A stretch of 64,000 nt of DNA from an uncultured Thermoleophilia bacterium (GCA_963765635.1 CAVXXF010000004.1:379610-443609), one strand, 5' to 3'; counted from the first letter of the stretch, positions 9,469 to 19,395 are shown. Notes: generated from the letters alone by a model not told the origin. Made by a program: numbers and translations.

Positions 9469-10818
9469 TCATGACATGCCGGGTGTCGCCACCGCATACA
9501 GATGCCACGGTTCAGGCACGCCCTTGAGCGGCTGCTCACCACGGTCTTCGAAGACGAGGCCGGAGCCAGCGACGAGGTCTTTGACTGTGGAGGACACAAG
9601 GACTTCGGACGGCCCCGCAAGCGCCCCGACGCGGGCGCCGATGTGCACGGCGATGCCACCGACGTCGGCGCCCATCAGCTCAATCTCGCCAGTGTGGCAG
9701 CCGGCGCGTACCTCTAGACCGAGAGGTCTGACGGCCTCGCAGATCCCCTGGGCGCACTTGACCGCCCGGGCGGGGCCGTCGAAGGTGGCGAGGAAGCCGT
9801 CGCCAGTCGTCTTGACCTCGATGCCTCCATACCTCGCGAGCAGCGCACGCACCGCTGCATTGTGCTTCTCCAGGAGCTCCTTCCAGCAGGCATCGCCCAC
9901 TTCGCACGCCTTGTCCGTCGAGCCGACGAGGTCAGTGAAGAGCACGGTGGCGAGGATACGGTCGAGCTCGGGGACTGGACGCGCCACGCCGAGGAACTCC
10001 CGGACGGCGTCGACGACGGAGGCGGCGTCCGCGAGAAACGGCAGGGCATCGGCGCCGGGGACCACGACACGCTTGCAGCCGGGGATCAAAGAGGCTGTAT
10101 ACGCACCTTCCTCCGGAGCCGCGCCATCCCGGTCGATCACGAGCGTCGGCACGGTGACTGAGGGAAGCACGTGCCGGACGTCGGTCTCGTACCAGGTCCG
10201 CATGTCTGCCAGCGCCATGGCTGGCGAGCTCGTCAGGCGCATTGCCTTCGCCAACTGCCTGACCAGCCCGGGGTCGGCGGCCAGTGAGGGGTTCTCGCGC
10301 TCGAAGTAGGCCGTTACCGCGGCGTCCGAACCCCAGCTGTCCTCGGTCGCTTTGAGATCCACGAGGAAACGCTCCTCCGTCGCGCCCCATGGGTAGTCGG
10401 CTGCCCAGGCGCACCGGGGGGTCGGGAGGTACCAGATGAAGGCCGAGATGCGCTTCGCGTGCTGAGCCGCAAGCAACGCCGCAGCCGCGCCGCTGTCCAT
10501 GAATCCCAGCAACGCGGCGTGCTCGCTTTTGACGGCATCGAGGACCGCCAGCATGTCGTCGATTCCCGTCTCCAAGGTGGTCGACCCGCTCGGGCGGTCG
10601 GACAGGCCGGTTCCGCGGCGGTCGTAGATCAGCAGTCGTGTAATCGCCGCGAGCTGGACCAAGAAATCGGCCACGACAGGGATCTCCCAGAGGAACTCGA
10701 CGTTTCCCAGGGCGCCGGTCGTCACCATGAGATCGACGGGACCATCGCCGACCGCCTGATAGGCGATGGACGTGCCGTCTCGGGACCTTGCGTAACGAGT
10801 CTGCGCGCTTTCAATCAC
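9469..10818 (-). CDS. Alpha/beta-hydrolase-fold domain fused to a class III adenylate/guanylate cyclase domain (LipJ/Rv1900c-like architecture)
   Basis: 449-aa ORF. The C-terminal half has LFTDLVGSTD...TTGDGFLATFDGPARAVKCA...VRAGCHTGEIE...GIAVHIGARV, the cyclase homology domain. The N-terminal half is hydrolase-like with a degenerate nucleophile elbow (GFMDSGA). Confidence 0.85.
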   Translation of the reverse strand: MIESAQTRYARSRDGTSIAYQAVGDGPVDLMVTTGALGNVEFLWEIPVVADFLVQLAAITRLLIYDRRGTGLSDRPSGSTTLETGIDDMLAVLDAVKSEHAALLGFMDSGAAAALLAAQHAKRISAFIWYLPTPRCAWAADYPWGATEERFLVDLKATEDSWGSDAAVTAYFERENPSLAADPGLVRQLAKAMRLTSSPAMALADMRTWYETDVRHVLPSVTVPTLVIDRDGAAPEEGAYTASLIPGCKRVVVPGADALPFLADAASVVDAVREFLGVARPVPELDRILATVLFTDLVGSTDKACEVGDACWKELLEKHNAAVRALLARYGGIEVKTTGDGFLATFDGPARAVKCAQGICEAVRPLGLEVRAGCHTGEIELMGADVGGIAVHIGARVGALAGPSEVLVSSTVKDLVAGSGLVFEDRGEQPLKGVPEPWHLYAVATPGMS

Positions 10819-10936
10819 GCTTCATCTCACCCCCGGGTCGATTGTACTGCGCAGCTCCCGCGTCAAGAACGTTGGGGCAGACTACGAACAGCCGGGCCGA
10901 AGACGCAGAAGACGGAGCAGACGCAGCCGGCGGGAG

Positions 10937-13900
10937 TCAGCGAGGCGCGGTGCTGACGTCGTCGAGAAGTCGGTCGACCTCTACCAGCGCGGGCTTGGCC
11001 CCGAGCCGCGCGAAGATCTCGTGAGCCACATTGAGTGGCGCCGTCGCCTCCGATGCTCTGCCGAGCGCCGCCAGGCACCGCCCCTGTCCCAGCAGCGCCT
11101 GCCCCTCTTCGTAGGGCACGCCGAAGTCGTGCCAACGGGCGGCGGCGTCGGCGAAGCCGGACGCCGCCGTCTCGTATTCTTCGCCCGCCTCGCTGACGAG
11201 TGCCTGTGCGGCGACGATGGCGTGACGCGAGAGCGGCTGGAGTGGCTCCAGGCTGCCGGTCAACTTCTCGGCAAGGGTGCGATCCCCCGCAGCGAGGGCG
11301 ATACGCGTGGCTTGGGGCAGAAGGTGGGCAAACCAGAACCCCCCCTTGCCGCGCAGGGCCTCCTCACTGTATGTCAGGAGGTCCAGCGCCCGGTCCGAGT
11401 CTCCCAGTGCCATGCGAGCGGCCGCGGCCGCGATGCAGAGGCCGGCAGTGGTGGTCGACTCACCGGGGGCCATCTGCCCCTCGAGCCACTCCACGAGCTC
11501 CGCAGCCTCCGGGGCACGCCCTCTCTCCACGAGTACCAGCGTCCTGGACGCGCGCTCCCACGTGAAGTGGACGAGGTGCGACGAGAGCAGACCGCCTTCT
11601 CGGAACAGCGGATCCATCGCGACGGCTTCGTCGAGGGTCCTGTCCCAGTCTCCCGTGGCTTGAGACGCCCAGACGAAGACGTAGCGATTCTCGACCTCGT
11701 CCTCGACGGACCCTCGTCGCCGCGCGAGCTCCAGGCCCTCGGCGCAGACGGCGAGCGACGCCTGGAAGCCCTCGTACATGTAGATCCAGTTGCCGACTCC
11801 AGCGAAGACCGAACTCGCATGCTCGCCGAGCTCCGAGGTGCGGCAGATCTCAAGCGCCTGCCTGTAGTCTCCAACGCCGCCAGCATCACCGAGGTCGCAG
11901 CGCGCGCAGCCGCGAGAAACGAGCAATCCGGCATCAGCGGGCAAGCCAAGCTGCTCCGACAACTCCAGGGCGCGTTCTGCGACGTCGAGCTGCTGCCGAG
12001 AGTCGCCCAGAACAGCGGTCAGGTCCAGCCACTCCCCCAGGACGGCCACCAACTCGGGCGAGGGGCCGTCGGCCTCGAGCGAGGCGACCGCGTCGTCGGC
12101 GAGCCCCAGCCAGCGATCTACGTCGTCGCCCCAAAGCCCCCTGACCAGCCCCATCTGCGCCACCGCGGCCGCGCGAACGTCGCCCTCCGCCTTCAGGCGG
12201 GCGATCGCCTCCTCGAACGCGTCGACCGCCTCCGCGGCACGGCCGAGCTGGGTGGCCGCCTTCGCCCACTTGACGAGCATGGCTGAGCGACGGGGGCTGT
12301 CCGGTCCGGCGATCTCCAGGGCTCGGGCGTAGTGGCGCGCCGCCGCCGCCACGTCGAGCGGCCAAGCTCGGTCGCCGGCGAGCGACAGGTATCGGACGGC
12401 AGGCTCGACCAGCGATTCGGCGAGCCCGGCCTCGCCGACCGCGTTGGCGAGATCGAGGGCTGTCGCAAAGTGGTGCGCGAGGATCTCAACGAGGTCTTCG
12501 GCGCGGTCGCCAGCCTTCCGCTCGATCCACGCGGCGACCGCCGCGTGCTTCTTGCCCCGTGCGAGGCGCGGCAGCTGCTGGTACGCGACGTCACGGGCGA
12601 GAGCGTGGACGAACGCGAACTCGCGCTCGCCCTCCATCGAGGACTCTCGGATGCGGCGGATCAGTCGCCGATCGAGCAGGCTTGAGAGCGCGTTCTCCAC
12701 GTCAAAGGGCTCTCGCCCTCCCATCGCTGCCACGGCCCCGTCCCAGAAGACGCTGCCGACCACGGCGGCGTCACCAAGCAGCGCCTTCTGGTCGGCGGGC
12801 AGCGTGTCCAATCGCGCAGCGATGACCGCGTGAACGGAGTCGGGCAGCGACGCGTCCGGCTCCGAGTCGGCCAGCAGCCGTGCCGACTGCTCGGCGTAGA
12901 AGGGGTTGCCGTCACAGCGCCCGACCACCTCGCCCACCGCCTTCGCTCGGTCGTCCGGCTCGCCGAGGAGTCCGGCCACGAGTCGCGCCGTCTCGGCGGG
13001 CGAGAGCGGCCCCAGTCCGATTCGCGTCACCTCGCCGGCGGAGGCAAAGCCCGGCTGTCGTTCGAAAAGCTCGGGACGAGCCGTGCCGACGATCAGCAGG
13101 GGCACGGCAGCGATGCGAGTTGTCAGGTACTCGAGGAAATCGAGCAGCGCCTCATCGGCCCAATGCAGATCCTCAAAGACCAGGACGGTCGGGTCTTTGG
13201 CAGCCATGTCTTCGAAGAAGCGCAGCCAAGCCGTGAAGTTCTCCTGGCGCGCGGCCTCTGGGGCGTCGAGTCCCACGAGCGCACGCAGACGTTGATGGAA
13301 CCACTCCCTGTCCAGGCCGGACGGCAGGATGGCTTCGAGCTTGGCTTCGACGATCGCAGTCTGATCCGTGTTGCGGATACCGGCGTGGCCCTTCACGATA
13401 TCCGCCAGCGCCCCGTACGTAATGTCCTCGACCGAACGGCGGGCAGAAGCCCTGCCGCCAGATCGTCATCTCAGGTCTCTCGTCAACCAGGGCTGACAGT
13501 TCGCGGACGAGGCGACTCTTGCCGATACCGGGCTCTCCGACGATCAGGGCCAGCTGAGAAGTCGCCTGCGTCACGGTCTGTTTGAAGATCGCGGCAAGAT
13601 AGGAGAGCTCGACTTCCCGGCCGACAAGCGGCGTGAGATCAGCGTCGCGCAGCTCGATGCCGCGTCGGGCGAGAGTCCCTATCGCCAACCAGGCGGGGAC
13701 CGGCCCGACCTTGCCCCTCGCAAGGATCGGCGGCAGCTCCTTGTAGTCGATGGCGCGAGAAGTGATCTCGTGAGTGGGGGCACCGACGACAACGCCGCCG
13801 GGTGGAGCGGCTGCTTGTAGGCGGGCGGCTGTGTTGACGGCGTCGCCGGTGAGGAAGCCGCGACCGGAGGCGGGGTCGACATCGAGGCGGACGAGGGCCT

Positions 13901-14358
13901 CACCGGTGTTGACGCCGACAGCGGGCTTCGAGAGGGCTGCCGTCGGGACGGGTCATGCCCTCGATCGACTTCGAGGACGCGCAGGCCGCCCGCACGGCGC
14001 GCTCGGGGTCGTCCTCGTGGACGGCGGGCACGCCGAAGACGCCGACCACGGCGTCGCCGATGAACTTCTCGACGGTGCCGCCGTGGCTCTCGATCACCTT
14101 CGCGGAGCGGGCGAAGTACTCGCCGAGGAGGGCGTCGACGTCCTCGGGGTCGGCGGCCTCGCTCATGGCGGTGAAGGCGACGAGGTCGCAGAAGAGGGTA
14201 GTGACGACCTTGCGCTCGTCGTCGTGGAAAGGAGAGGCGATGAGGGTCGCACCGCACTGCCCGCAGAACTTGAAGCCGTCTGGGTTCTCGGCCCGACACG
14301 CCGGGCAGGCAATCATCTCCGTCGCCCTTTGAGCTGTCTCATCCCCGACCGCCGGCAC
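10937..14358 (-). pseudogene. Zn-ribbon + class III cyclase + P-loop AAA/STAND ATPase + TPR protein, interrupted by two frameshifts
   Basis: Three ORFs read as one protein: 13900..14358 (CPACRAENPDGFKFCGQCG, FCDLVAFT, FIGDAVVGVFG), 13173..13688 (GEPGIGKSRLV Walker A) and 10937..13396 (TPR-like repeats). The frame changes near 13932 (PL/KPAVGVNTGEALV) and near 13420 (CPPF/EDITYGALADIVK). Confidence 0.8.
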
Positions 14359-14597
14359 CCAATCCGATCGACCCCCTCAGAGCTGCTTGAGTCGATTCTA
14401 CTGCGGAACTCGCGACTTCCGAGGGTTGGAGTGCGCGGCCGATACTAGCGATCCCGCGCCGATGGCCGGCAGCCACATCGCAGCGAGTCCCACCGCGTCC
14501 CCTATCGTGCCAACCACGACCGAGCATTTGGGTTGCAGAAAGGTTGCAGAACGGGGGTCGGGCGGAGGGTCTCGCGGGAGAACTCCCTGCAAATCAA

Positions 14598-14674
<77 letters not shown>

Positions 14675-14855
14675 ACAGGGGCTTTGGAGTCTATGAGCGC
14701 GGCGGCGGGAGGTCAACCGCGCGCGGCGGGGTCGCCGAGACCTCGCAGCAGCGCGTGTAGGGCGGCGCCCCGCCAACGAAAGACCTCTTGCGATCGTGAG
14801 CTGACCGGTTTACATTGGCTGAAAGGACTGGTTGAGCGACCTGAAGAGGTCTACC

Positions 14856-15152
14856 ATGACTGTCGTGAGCATCACCGAACTCAAAGCGCATCTCAGCGAG
14901 TACCTCCGCCGCACTCAAGCCGGCGAACGCTTTCACGTCACGTCTCGCAACGTCGAAGTCGCCGAGCTGGGGCCTCCGGATCCGGTGAGGGCGGCTCTCT
15001 GGCGCATGGTCGCGGCGGGCGAGGCCGAGTGGAGCGGCGAGGACATGGTCCTGCCGGACACCCTTCCCGTTAACCCGGGGCGGCCCCTCTCCGAACTGAT
15101 CGCCGAAGATCGCGGGCCGTATCTGCCGGGCAATGATCCTGAGCCGCCGTGA
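14856..15152 (+). CDS. vapB: Type II antitoxin, Phd/YefM (VapB-like)
   Basis: Begins MTVVSITELKAHLSEYLRRTQAGERFHVTSRNVEVAEL, typical of the PhdYeFM N-terminus. Its stop overlaps the vapC GTG start (GTGA). Confidence 0.75.
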   Translation: MTVVSITELKAHLSEYLRRTQAGERFHVTSRNVEVAELGPPDPVRAALWRMVAAGEAEWSGEDMVLPDTLPVNPGRPLSELIAEDRGPYLPGNDPEPP

Positions 15153-15592
15153 TCCTCTACTTGGATACCAGCGCGTTCGCAAAGCTGGTGCTGAAGGAAC
15201 CCGAGACCCCCGTGATGCGTGACCTGTTCGACAAAGCCGACTACGCCGTCACGAGTGTGATCACCTACCCAGAGGCGACCTCCGCCCTGTACCGGCAGGA
15301 CCGCGAAGACGGGCGGGTGGAGTCGAGGCTGACAGAGTGGATCGCGAATCTGGACGACCGCTGGCGCCGCTGCGTGAGGCTTCCCGTGACCGAGCAGCTC
15401 GCGGGCAGGCTTGTCGTGAGCCACGGCCTTCGCGGCATGGACGCCGTCCAGCTCGCCGCGGCTGTCACGCTACGCGCTCGCGTACTCGAAGCCGCACCTC
15501 AGGCGACCGTGACGTTCGCGACGTTCGACCGGCAACTGCTGGCGGCCGCCGAGCGCGAAGGCTTCGCTTCGCTCGGCGGCCCGCTGGAATAG
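15149..15592 (+). CDS. vapC: PIN-domain toxin VapC
   Basis: 147-aa ORF starting MILYLDTSAFAKLV (first PIN acidic residue). Later conserved acidic/Thr positions are present, and it is translationally coupled to the antitoxin. Confidence 0.85.
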   Translation: MILYLDTSAFAKLVLKEPETPVMRDLFDKADYAVTSVITYPEATSALYRQDREDGRVESRLTEWIANLDDRWRRCVRLPVTEQLAGRLVVSHGLRGMDAVQLAAAVTLRARVLEAAPQATVTFATFDRQLLAAAEREGFASLGGPLE

Positions 15593-15604
15593 ACCCGGCA
15601 GGCG

Positions 15605-16864
15605 CTACGGCCCCGCCACGGGGTTGGGGATGGTGTCCAGCACGCCCTCCCTCGTCAGCGTGGTCAGCCGGCCGTCGGCAAGAGGCACAGCGTCCGCGTA
15701 GGTGCCCGACACGCTCGCGATCGCATACGTGTCGACGTTGATCACCGTCAGCGCCCCGCTGTTGTCGATGCCCGCGAGATTGAAGATGCCGGGGTCGTGG
15801 CGAAACCAGATCGAACTGCCGGCGTTGTCCCAGACCCACGCCCGCTGATACATGTACTGCATCGACCAGTCGACCACCGCGACCTCTGAGGTACCCCAGG
15901 CGGCGGTGTCGCTCTGGTAGCTGTAGCCGCCCTGCTCGAAGATGCGCCACTTCGCCACGCCGATCTCGCCGGCGTTGTCTCCGCCCCCGGGCAGCAACCG
16001 GCCCGTGAACTTGCCGAACTCGACCCACAGGTTGCGACTGGCCTCGGGAGCATTGCGGGAGCTCATCACGGCCGCATGGGAGCCGTCCGGACTCAGGGCC
16101 AGGTACGGCCAGTCGGTGACCCCGTGGGAGACGATGGTGGGCACGCCCGCGCGATTGACGCGCAGCCAGTAGATCATGGTGCGCCACCTGCTGGGGTTAT
16201 CCATGTACACGCCTACCGCCAGGCGGCTGCCGTCGGCGGAAGACGCCGCCGGGTTGATGAAGTACGCCTTTTTCGGACGATACGGCAGGGCGACAGCGCG
16301 CGAGGTGGAGCCCTGCCGCACGAACACGCGCGTCACCCCCTGGGCCGAGACTTCGGCCCAGACCAGACGCTGGGGCGTGTCGCACAGCGGCTGGACGAAC
16401 TTGTTCTCGAACGCCATGTGGAAACGCACGGTGCCGTCGGCGTTGTAGGCGCGCAGCTCGCCGGAGCGGAGCACGTTGGGGTCGGGGTCGCGGAACACGG
16501 CGACGAAGGCGGCGGGCAGCGTGCCGGTCGCCGCCCAGGCGTCGCCGGTCTCGACGGACCACACCGTCGCGCCCGTCGCGTCGGTCGCCACCAGTGTAGC
16601 CTCCGGCGCCACCTCGGTCCTGGTCAGGGTCAGCGTCCCGCTCGGCTGCGCGTCGTAGATCCAATGCTGCACCGAGGCGTCGCGCACGACGGCGTCGGCG
16701 GTCCTTCCCGGCGCCCAGGGCGACCAGCGATTCTCGGGCGCCACCCGGCCGCTGCGCGCCGCCGGCGCGGCCGGCGCCAGCGCGAGCGCCACCAATACAA
16801 GCAGCGCCGCGGTGAGCACGCTTCTTCTCAGACAAGTGACGAAACGCGACTGCGTGCTTCTCAT
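15605..16864 (-). CDS. Secreted hypothetical protein, possibly beta-propeller-like (paralog A)
   Basis: 419-aa ORF with GGAGGGG RBS and signal peptide LTAALLVLVALALAPAAPAARS. It contains the TolB/PD40-like segment LALSPDGSHAAV. No family was recognised. Confidence 0.7.
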   Translation of the reverse strand: MRSTQSRFVTCLRRSVLTAALLVLVALALAPAAPAARSGRVAPENRWSPWAPGRTADAVVRDASVQHWIYDAQPSGTLTLTRTEVAPEATLVATDATGATVWSVETGDAWAATGTLPAAFVAVFRDPDPNVLRSGELRAYNADGTVRFHMAFENKFVQPLCDTPQRLVWAEVSAQGVTRVFVRQGSTSRAVALPYRPKKAYFINPAASSADGSRLAVGVYMDNPSRWRTMIYWLRVNRAGVPTIVSHGVTDWPYLALSPDGSHAAVMSSRNAPEASRNLWVEFGKFTGRLLPGGGDNAGEIGVAKWRIFEQGGYSYQSDTAAWGTSEVAVVDWSMQYMYQRAWVWDNAGSSIWFRHDPGIFNLAGIDNSGALTVINVDTYAIASVSGTYADAVPLADGRLTTLTREGVLDTIPNPVAGP

Positions 16865-16975
16865 GGCCCCTCCTGCCCGAGTGCCGCCTCTCGCGATTCG
16901 GCCCTTGACCGGGCCGGCGCGGAACTCTCCTGTAAGCAGCCTATGCCCGTCCGCAGGTGATGCAAGACGGGCGGA

Positions 16976-17046
16976 GGCGGCAACGAGCTCTCGAGGCCGC
17001 CGAGCGCAAAGGCTTCGCCACGCTCGGCGGCCCGCTCGCCACCTGA
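16976..17046 (+). pseudogene. Remnant of a vapC 3' end left by tandem duplication
   Basis: 16996..17046 translates in frame to AAERKGFATLGGPLAT-stop, versus AAEREGFASLGGPLE-stop at the end of vapC (15545..15592). The DNA match is about 40 of 44 nt. Confidence 0.55.
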
Positions 17047-17074
17047 CCTGCGGCGGTCACGCTGGGGGAGGGCG

Positions 17075-17099
17075 GCGGCGGGAGAACGACCGCCGCTTT
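17075..17099 (+). terminator. Candidate intrinsic terminator after the vapC remnant
   Basis: GCGGCGG (17075..17081) pairs with CCGCCGC (17090..17096) across an 8-nt loop, followed by TTT. Confidence 0.4.
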
Positions 17100-17109
17100 C
17101 CCGGATGCG

Positions 17110-18360
17110 TCAGGGACCGGGGACGGGGTCCGCGATGAAAGCCAGGGTTCCGTCTTCGGTCATCGTCGCGATCCGGCCACCGTCGATCGGCACGGCGTCC
17201 TCGTAGGGGCCCGGCAGGGTCGTAATCGCCCAGCTGTCCACGTTGACGACGGTCAGGGCACCCTTGTCGTCGACGCCGGCCAGCCGGTCGATGCGGCCGT
17301 TGTGCCGGAACCAGATGCTGCTCGAGGCGTCGTCGAACGTCCAGGCGCGCTTGTAGATCATCATCGGCGAGTGGTCCAGCACCGTCACCATGTGGGTGCT
17401 CCACCCGTCTTGGCCGTCACCGAAGGTGTATCTACCTTGCACGAAGATCCGGTGGGCGCTCACGTCCATCTCGCCGCTGTCCTCACCCTCGAACAGCCGA
17501 CCCGAGAACCGGCCGAAACTCACCCAGCGGTTGCCGACGCCGCCGACGGCCTCGGAGGTCATGACGGCGGCCTTGTCGCCGCTCGGGCTGAGTGCCACGT
17601 ACACCCAGTCGGTGATGCCGCGGCTGACGATGCTCGGCATGCCGGAGCGATTGACGCGCAGCCAGTGCGTCATGACGCGCCGCCGGTCGGTGCTGGGCAT
17701 GTTCGTGCCGACGATCAACCGTGAACCGCCGGCGGACGACGCGGCAAACATTGGGGAGCCCGCGCGTGTCGGACGGTAGGGCAGGGCCACCGTGTGCGTG
17801 GTGGAGCCCTGCCGCACGAACACGCGGGTGACGGCCTTCGCCGAGACCTCGACCCACACGAGGCGCGTCGGCGTGTCGCACAGAGGCTGGACGAACTTGT
17901 CCTCGAACTTCTTGCGGAAGTGCACCAGGCCGCGGGAGTCGTAGGCCAGGAGTTCTCCGTCCCGGAGGACGTTGGGGTCGGGGTCCGGGAACGTGGCGAC
18001 GAGGGCCGCGGGGAGCGTGCCCGACGCCGCTGACACGTCGCCGCCGGCGACCGACCAGACCGGCGTGCCGCTCGCGTCGGTGGCTGTGAGCGTCATCTCC
18101 GGGGCGACCCCGGTCATGGTGTAGACGAGCGTGCCTGTGGGCTGAGCGTCCCAGATGCCGTGGCTGGCGAAGTCGTCCCGCAGGAGCGCCTCGGCGGCTC
18201 TGCCCGGCTCCCACGCCGCCCGGACTTCCGGACCTACCCGGCCGCTGCGTGCCGACGCAGCCGCCGCGAGAACGAGCGTGAGGACGAGGGCAACGAGCAG
18301 GCCGGCGGCGAAGACGGCCCTCCTGCGGTGTGACGATCCAGACGTGCGCAAGCTCGGCAT
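17110..18360 (-). CDS. Secreted hypothetical protein (paralog B of 15605..16864)
   Basis: Start set to ATG 18360 (AAGGAGG RBS). The N-terminus MPSLRTSGSSHRRRAVFAAGLLVALVLTLVLAAAASARS could be Sec or Tat type. It is collinear with paralog A at roughly 50-60% identity by eye. Confidence 0.7.
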   Translation of the reverse strand: MPSLRTSGSSHRRRAVFAAGLLVALVLTLVLAAAASARSGRVGPEVRAAWEPGRAAEALLRDDFASHGIWDAQPTGTLVYTMTGVAPEMTLTATDASGTPVWSVAGGDVSAASGTLPAALVATFPDPDPNVLRDGELLAYDSRGLVHFRKKFEDKFVQPLCDTPTRLVWVEVSAKAVTRVFVRQGSTTHTVALPYRPTRAGSPMFAASSAGGSRLIVGTNMPSTDRRRVMTHWLRVNRSGMPSIVSRGITDWVYVALSPSGDKAAVMTSEAVGGVGNRWVSFGRFSGRLFEGEDSGEMDVSAHRIFVQGRYTFGDGQDGWSTHMVTVLDHSPMMIYKRAWTFDDASSSIWFRHNGRIDRLAGVDDKGALTVVNVDSWAITTLPGPYEDAVPIDGGRIATMTEDGTLAFIADPVPGP

Positions 18361-18502
18361 GGCCCCTCCTTCGATCTCGCGCGGGCCGCGGCCCGGCGCT
18401 CTCCGCACCGCCAGCCGGCGCAAAGGCCTCCAACTCCCATACTACTCCTGACCGGAGGGCGGGCGTAGCCTGACCCGCGCACGCCGAACCCCTCGGGACA
18501 CG

Positions 18503-18531
18503 GTGTCAGCCTTTCGCCCTTGCCGTATACT
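18503..18531 (+). promoter_or_regulatory. Putative promoter (GTGTCA-N17-TATACT) placing the TSS at or next to ATG 18538 (leaderless mRNA)
   Basis: TATACT at 18526..18531 lies 6 nt upstream of ATG 18538, and no RBS lies between them. The -35 element is only a 4/6 match. Confidence 0.35.
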
Positions 18532-18537
18532 CAATCC

Positions 18538-19395
18538 ATGAAGGACGTCCAGGAAATGGTCATCTACGGCGTGAGCTTCGACGTCATCGGCAAGCAGCCG
18601 ATAGTCCTCCTCAAGACGGTGGAGGGCAATCGCTTCCTGCCCATCTGGATCGGGCACCCCGAAGCCGCCGCGATCCTCATCAAGCTGCAGGGGACCAAGC
18701 TGCCGCGGCCGATGACCCACGACCTCCTCACCAGCATCATCGGCCGCTTCGAGGCCGACGTGGCGCGCATCACCGTGACCGAGCTCAAGGAGAGCACCTT
18801 CTACGCCACCCTCACGCTGAACAAGGACGGCGCCGAGATCGACATCGACTCGCGGCCCAGCGACGCGCTCGCCCTGGCCGTGCGCACCGATGCGCCCATC
18901 TTCGCCGCCACCACGCTCGTCGACGAGAACGCCATCGAGTTCGAGCGCGAGGTCGACGACACCGAGGAGATCGTCGAGAGCTTCCGCGACTTCCTCGAGA
19001 GCGTCTCGCCCGAGGATTTCGCCAACGCCGAGGGCACGCCGGACGACGTGGCCTTTGCCGTCGACCAGGAAGTCGACGATGAGGACGACGAGGATGACGA
19101 AGACGACGAGGATGACGACGAGGATGACGAAGACGACGACGAAGGCGACGAGGGACCGGCCGCAACTGACGCTTCGGCGTCGGGCCGGCCCAGAACGGAG
19201 ACATCAGCGTGGCTGACGCAGACGACGATCCGGTCATCAAGCAGTTCCGCGACCAGATCTCAGACAACGACCTCAAGATCATCGACGCGATCAACAAGCG
19301 CCTCAAGCTGGTCAAGCAGCTCAGGGCGTACAAGGAGCAGCACGGCGTCGACTTTCTCGACCCCGCGCGCGAGGAGTGGATGCTCACCTTCGTGA
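18538..19395 (+). CDS. Bifunctional nuclease (BFN/DUF151) domain protein with poly-Asp/Glu tail; 3' end doubtful
   Basis: Begins MKDVQEMVIYGVSFDVIGKQPIVLLKTVEGNRFLPIWIGHPEAAAILIKL...RPSDALALAVR, typical of the BFN domain. After the D/E tract the frame stays open to 19395, running over the chorismate mutase gene with S/T/R-rich sequence that looks off-frame. Confidence 0.65.
   Translation: MKDVQEMVIYGVSFDVIGKQPIVLLKTVEGNRFLPIWIGHPEAAAILIKLQGTKLPRPMTHDLLTSIIGRFEADVARITVTELKESTFYATLTLNKDGAEIDIDSRPSDALALAVRTDAPIFAATTLVDENAIEFEREVDDTEEIVESFRDFLESVSPEDFANAEGTPDDVAFAVDQEVDDEDDEDDEDDEDDDEDDEDDDEGDEGPAATDASASGRPRTETSAWLTQTTIRSSSSSATRSQTTTSRSSTRSTSASSWSSSSGRTRSSTASTFSTPRARSGCSPS
19072..19153 (+). repeat. 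In-frame GAY/GAR (Asp/Glu) codon repeat tract
   Basis: It encodes VDDEDDEDDEDDEDDDEDDEDDDEGDE, with reiterated gaggatgacga/agacgacga units. Confidence 0.8.

Noticed and set aside
9423-9659. N-terminal 79-aa extension of the cNMP-binding ORF
   Set aside because: It overlaps the 3' end of the hydrolase-cyclase gene and is S/R/P-rich. ATG 9422 has a strong GGAGGAGGA RBS.
13679-14299. 206-aa minus-strand ORF inside the cyclase pseudogene
   Set aside because: It is an Arg/Pro-rich third-frame reading. The cyclase homology runs through the other two frames (13900..14358, then the frame of 13173..13688).
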